A DNA stretch of 64,000 bases from Escherichia phage LF82-41: sequence record PV660463. One strand, written 5' to 3'. Shown piece by piece: positions 63,838 to 64,000 of this stretch. Below the pieces are notes generated by a model. It ran no database searches. It had not been told where the DNA came from and saw nothing but the letters and a program-made list of their open reading frames with translations. The position numbers and the translations under genes are program-made. The number at the start of each line of letters is the position of its first letter. The stretch's first letter is position 1.

Positions 63838-64000
63838 CTAATTTCCTTAATTGATATTGCAACGAGCTAATAATTTCTTCGTTCATTTTAATATACATGT
63901 CGCGCAAGAAAGGTTTTAACCCATCACGAATAATTGCTAACGTATCACCTTTACATAAATTAACCAAATAAGGATGATCTAAAGCATCCCAACCAGGCTG
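63834..64000 (-). CDS. hypothetical protein, 3' portion only (5' end beyond window)
   Basis: Open frame from window edge, hand-translated ...DMYIKMNEEIISSLQYQLRKFR; stop overlaps next start. Confidence 0.45.

Overview
This window reads as a contiguous ~64 kb segment of a T4-like (Tevenvirinae-type) myovirus genome, collinear with the T4 map from gene 16 to asiA. Identification rests on my recollection of T4 protein sequences and gene order, not on any database search. Plus-strand late modules: terminase 16/17, tail sheath 18 and tube 19, portal 20, prohead core 67/68/21/22, capsid 23/24; baseplate hub 51/27/28/29/48/54; long tail fibre 34/35/36/37/38 and holin t. Minus-strand early/middle genes: rnlB, uvsY, alt, DNA ligase 30 and the 30.x cluster, rIII, 31, cd, pseT, a spanin pair, alc, rnlA, denA, nrdB/nrdA, td, frd, 32, 59, 33, dsbA, rnh, asiA. 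Regulatory grammar is T4-like: TATAAATA late promoters, GTTTAC-N17/18-TAnnAT early promoters, MotA-box middle promoters, and GC-rich UUCG/GNRA-tetraloop hairpins. Departures from T4 as I recall it: (1) a complete DAHP synthase (shikimate pathway) gene translationally coupled to cd; (2) a NADAR/YbiA-like ORF in the 30.x cluster upstream of the Alt ADP-ribosyltransferase; (3) a family of near-identical early promoter-leader-RBS cassettes, some with the -10 element inside an inverted-repeat hairpin; (4) several small ORFs missed or mis-started in the ORF track; (5) a SegE-like GIY-YIG homing endonuclease, with no intron interruptions in td or nrdB; (6) tandem repeats and His-box repeats in the gp37 fibre tip. 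No tRNA, rRNA, CRISPR array or integrase was found. Hand-derived coordinates were checked against the printed sequence but may still be off by 1-2 nt.
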